A stretch of 63,303 nucleotides of DNA, the filler included, from Hyphochytrium catenoides (lineage: Eukaryota; Protista; Hyphochytriomycota): NCBI GenBank assembly GCA_900088475.1. It is 9 parts of 9 records of this genome, joined end to end, with 100 filler letters (N's around TTAATTAATTAA, not from the genome) between each part and the next. Parts side by side here need not be neighbours in the genome. Positions count along the whole stretch, not along the records: positions 61,985 to 63,303 come from FLMG01001312.1; 8 more parts are not named here. One strand, given 5' to 3'. Within the stretch, counting starts at the first letter, position 1. Each line of letters begins with the position of its first letter. Positions 62,679 through 63,303 of this stretch are shown here, one piece after another. Made by a program: the position numbers and the translations under genes. The notes below the pieces were generated by a model. The model did no database searches. It was not told the origin of the DNA and worked only from the letters and a program-made list of their open reading frames with translations.

Positions 62679-63303
62679 TTCTTCTTATGAGAGACAGAAC
62701 CAGATCTCTGGAATGTATGGAGCTTCTTCAATGAAAATTTATAAAACCTGATCAGATGAATATATATAATGCAGACCTAATATAAGGGCTAACCCTAAGC
62801 CCCTACCCTTTAGAAGCTTGCCGAACATTGCGTCAGCAGGGAATAAAAGAGAGCAAAAAGAGCGGAAAAAGGAAAGACGATCACAGAGCAAGAGAGAGAG
62901 AGAGAGAGAGACGACGACGACGACGAAATGAGAGAGAAAGAGACGAACAGAAAGAAATTGTGTGAGAACAAGTGGGAGAACGAAAGAACAAGAGAGAGAG
63001 AGAGAGAAAAGAGAGAGAGAGAGAGCGAGGAAAAGGAAGAAATAAAGAGAGAGAAAACGAGAGAGAGAGAAAGGGACTACCTTTAGGGAGGGTGGGGAGA
63101 GAAAGAGCGCAGAGAGAGAGACCGAGGAAGAATGAGTACAAGTGCGAGTCGCTTTTGGAGATGGCGAGTCCGCTCTTGCAGCTTTCTCTCTGTGCTGCTC
63201 TTTGGCCTCTAATAAAGGGAGTGGGTTCCATTCGCTTCTCTCTCTTCAGCTGTTTGCAAGTCCCATCTTCCCATCTTTCTTCTCTTCTTCCCGCTGCCGC
63301 CAC

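Noticed and set aside
62784-62812. Telomere-like aaccctaa / small hairpin as a Helitron end
   Set aside because: Single unit with no array and no convincing CTRR terminus.
393-63303. Hundreds of SL-rich or ER-rich ORFs in the track
   Set aside because: They are translations of (CT)n/(AG)n microsatellites, which contain no stop codons; many lie in introns mapped here.

Overview
Eukaryotic draft-assembly window made of nine contigs/scaffolds joined by identical 100-nt artificial spacers (44 N + TTAATTAATTAA + 44 N), so there is no real synteny across spacers. The host is probably an oomycete-like stramenopile or similar protist; this is an inference from a CBEL-type PAN/Apple repeat. Most ORFs in the track are artefacts of pervasive (AG)n/(CT)n microsatellites. 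Manual splicing (standard code, GT-AG plus one GC-AG intron) recovers an M17 leucyl aminopeptidase, a 13-exon acetylornithine deacetylase and two convergent 7TM-RGS genes. One 7TM-RGS has an internally duplicated RGS core and a repeated basophilic phospho-motif insert. The window also holds a frameshifted LRR-armadillo gene, GPI-anchored and mucin-like surface proteins, two orphan multi-TM proteins, RING and PiT/PHO4 fragments, a decayed Copia element, a foldback pair of LTR-retrotransposon 5' ends and a 103-bp hairpin built from a PIF1-like helicase fragment. The most striking pattern is a class of introns with an AG-repeat 5' half and a complementary CT-repeat 3' half; the reverse order was not seen in any mapped intron. 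This suggests a microsatellite-paired structured-intron system.
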